Positions 63,170-64,000 of a DNA stretch of 64,000 bases are shown here, piece after piece; the stretch's first letter is position 1; every line of letters begins with the position of its first letter. Location of the stretch: NCBI GenBank assembly GCA_024275095.1, contig JAJRZV010000050.1, forward strand, positions 1,603 to 65,602. The letters run 5' to 3'. Source of the stretch: a bacterium. GTDB taxonomy: Bacteria > JAJRZV01. The notes under the pieces are model-generated. The model did no database searches and had not been told where the DNA came from. It saw only the letters and a program-made list of their open reading frames with translations. The translations under genes were made by a program, and so were the position numbers.

Positions 63170-64000
63170 ATGATCAGTATGTGGGCTCTACTGGCATCTT
63201 CACTTCTTGTTGCCACTCCCTCGTTCAACGTGAACGGTGATGCGCGTTTGGCCGGGGGTTACATTTCTCATCCATCGGCTGTGGAACCTGCCGGTGGTGG
63301 AGAAGGGGATAAACGCTTTGTAGAAATGCGCGTAAGGGTTGATCCTGAAATACACTTTTCTTCTTCGCTCACGCTTCATGTATCAGCAGATATTGCTTCC
63401 AATATTCATTACGGAAGTACCGGTTTTAATTCTACAGGTGACAGTGTGAATTTTTATCTCCGCAGGGCTTATATCAAATGGCGTACTCCTGTGGGATTAC
63501 TGGAAATAGGGCGGATGCCCAATCACTGGGGACTTGGTGTTTTTGTTAACAGTGGAGACGGTTATGATACCCCTTTCGGAATAAAACGTTATGGTGACAC
63601 GGCAGACAGAATTGTCTTTGCAACCAAACCCCTCGGGCCGGAGTCGCACCTGATCGTGGCAATTGGTTACGATAAAGTATCGGAAGAAAGGATTATTAAC
63701 CCGCAGGATGACGCAGATGACTGGCTGGCCGTGCTTTTTTATAAAACACGCACGGTTGAAACGGGCACATATGCCGTCGTTCGTGTCCAGAACAGTACGC
63801 GCACAAAACTTTTTATCCCTGATTTTTTTGCGCGTGTACATTTGCCCGGCGAAGCTGTAGGTTTAAACACTTTGCGGTTCCTGAGATTTGAGACAGAGGC
63901 GGTTGTAATTATGGGGAGTACGCAAGCCGCTCCTTCGGTCAATGATGGTTTGATAAAAAGAGATGCGTTTATGGTTGGCGCTGCCGGGCGTTTTTCGGCA
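63170..64000 (+). CDS. exported protein, possibly outer-membrane porin-like; runs off the 3' end of the window
   Basis: Hand-translated (not in ORF track, no stop): GGGGAGGAGGG SD, MISMWALLASSLLVATPS signal peptide, ...LRRAYIKWRTPVGLLEIGRMPNHWGLGVFVNSGDGYDTPFG... Confidence 0.4.
   Translation, partial: MISMWALLASSLLVATPSFNVNGDARLAGGYISHPSAVEPAGGGEGDKRFVEMRVRVDPEIHFSSSLTLHVSADIASNIHYGSTGFNSTGDSVNFYLRRAYIKWRTPVGLLEIGRMPNHWGLGVFVNSGDGYDTPFGIKRYGDTADRIVFATKPLGPESHLIVAIGYDKVSEERIINPQDDADDWLAVLFYKTRTVETGTYAVVRVQNSTRTKLFIPDFFARVHLPGEAVGLNTLRFLRFETEAVVIMGSTQAAPSVNDGLIKRDAFMVGAAGRFSA

Overview
Chromosomal window from a Gram-negative bacterium, probably a thermophile (judged from the zinc-ribbon S14 type Z, Zn-finger S4, Arg codons AGA/AGG, and KDO/Lpt lipopolysaccharide genes). 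1-13.7 kb holds the 3' part of the S10 operon plus the spc and alpha ribosomal-protein operons (rplD' through rplQ, with secY, adk, map, infA, rpmJ, rpoA). This is followed by an unusually long (~1.1 kb) non-coding gap, then ribBA-ribH, a glycoside-hydrolase-like lipoprotein, a RuvX gene carrying a ~260-aa N-terminal extension, and a tandem cNMP-binding protein whose TPR-like N-terminus appears broken by a homopolymer frameshift plus an in-frame TAA. The middle holds a small acyl-processing cluster (VOC epimerase, SDR, two hotdog proteins), carA, and a tightly coupled LPS/CTP operon (kdsB-pyrG-kdsA-kdsC-lpxL-lptCAB-rpoN), then pyrR-pyrB-pyrC, an amidase and a Tat-signal DUF362 protein. The accessory-looking part lies at 39-63 kb: a stand-alone Cys-rich protein with a duplicated CW...CG motif, TrpB2, a MoeB/ThiF-DsrE-DsrF-DsrH-TusA sulfur-relay operon, housekeeping fmt-rsmB-rpe-rsmI, a four-gene coupled operon centred on a half-size ArsA/Get3-like ATPase (membrane alpha/beta-hydrolase, TIM-barrel protein, large polytopic membrane protein), two exported proteins, and a nine-gene minus-strand operon mixing aminotransferase, trpD, macro domain, an MBL hydrolase, a GH38-like lipoprotein, gmhA/gmhB and two FAD oxidoreductases. 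No rRNA, tRNA, CRISPR array or mobile element was recognised. All calls rest on reading the six-frame translations against remembered family motifs; no database search was run.
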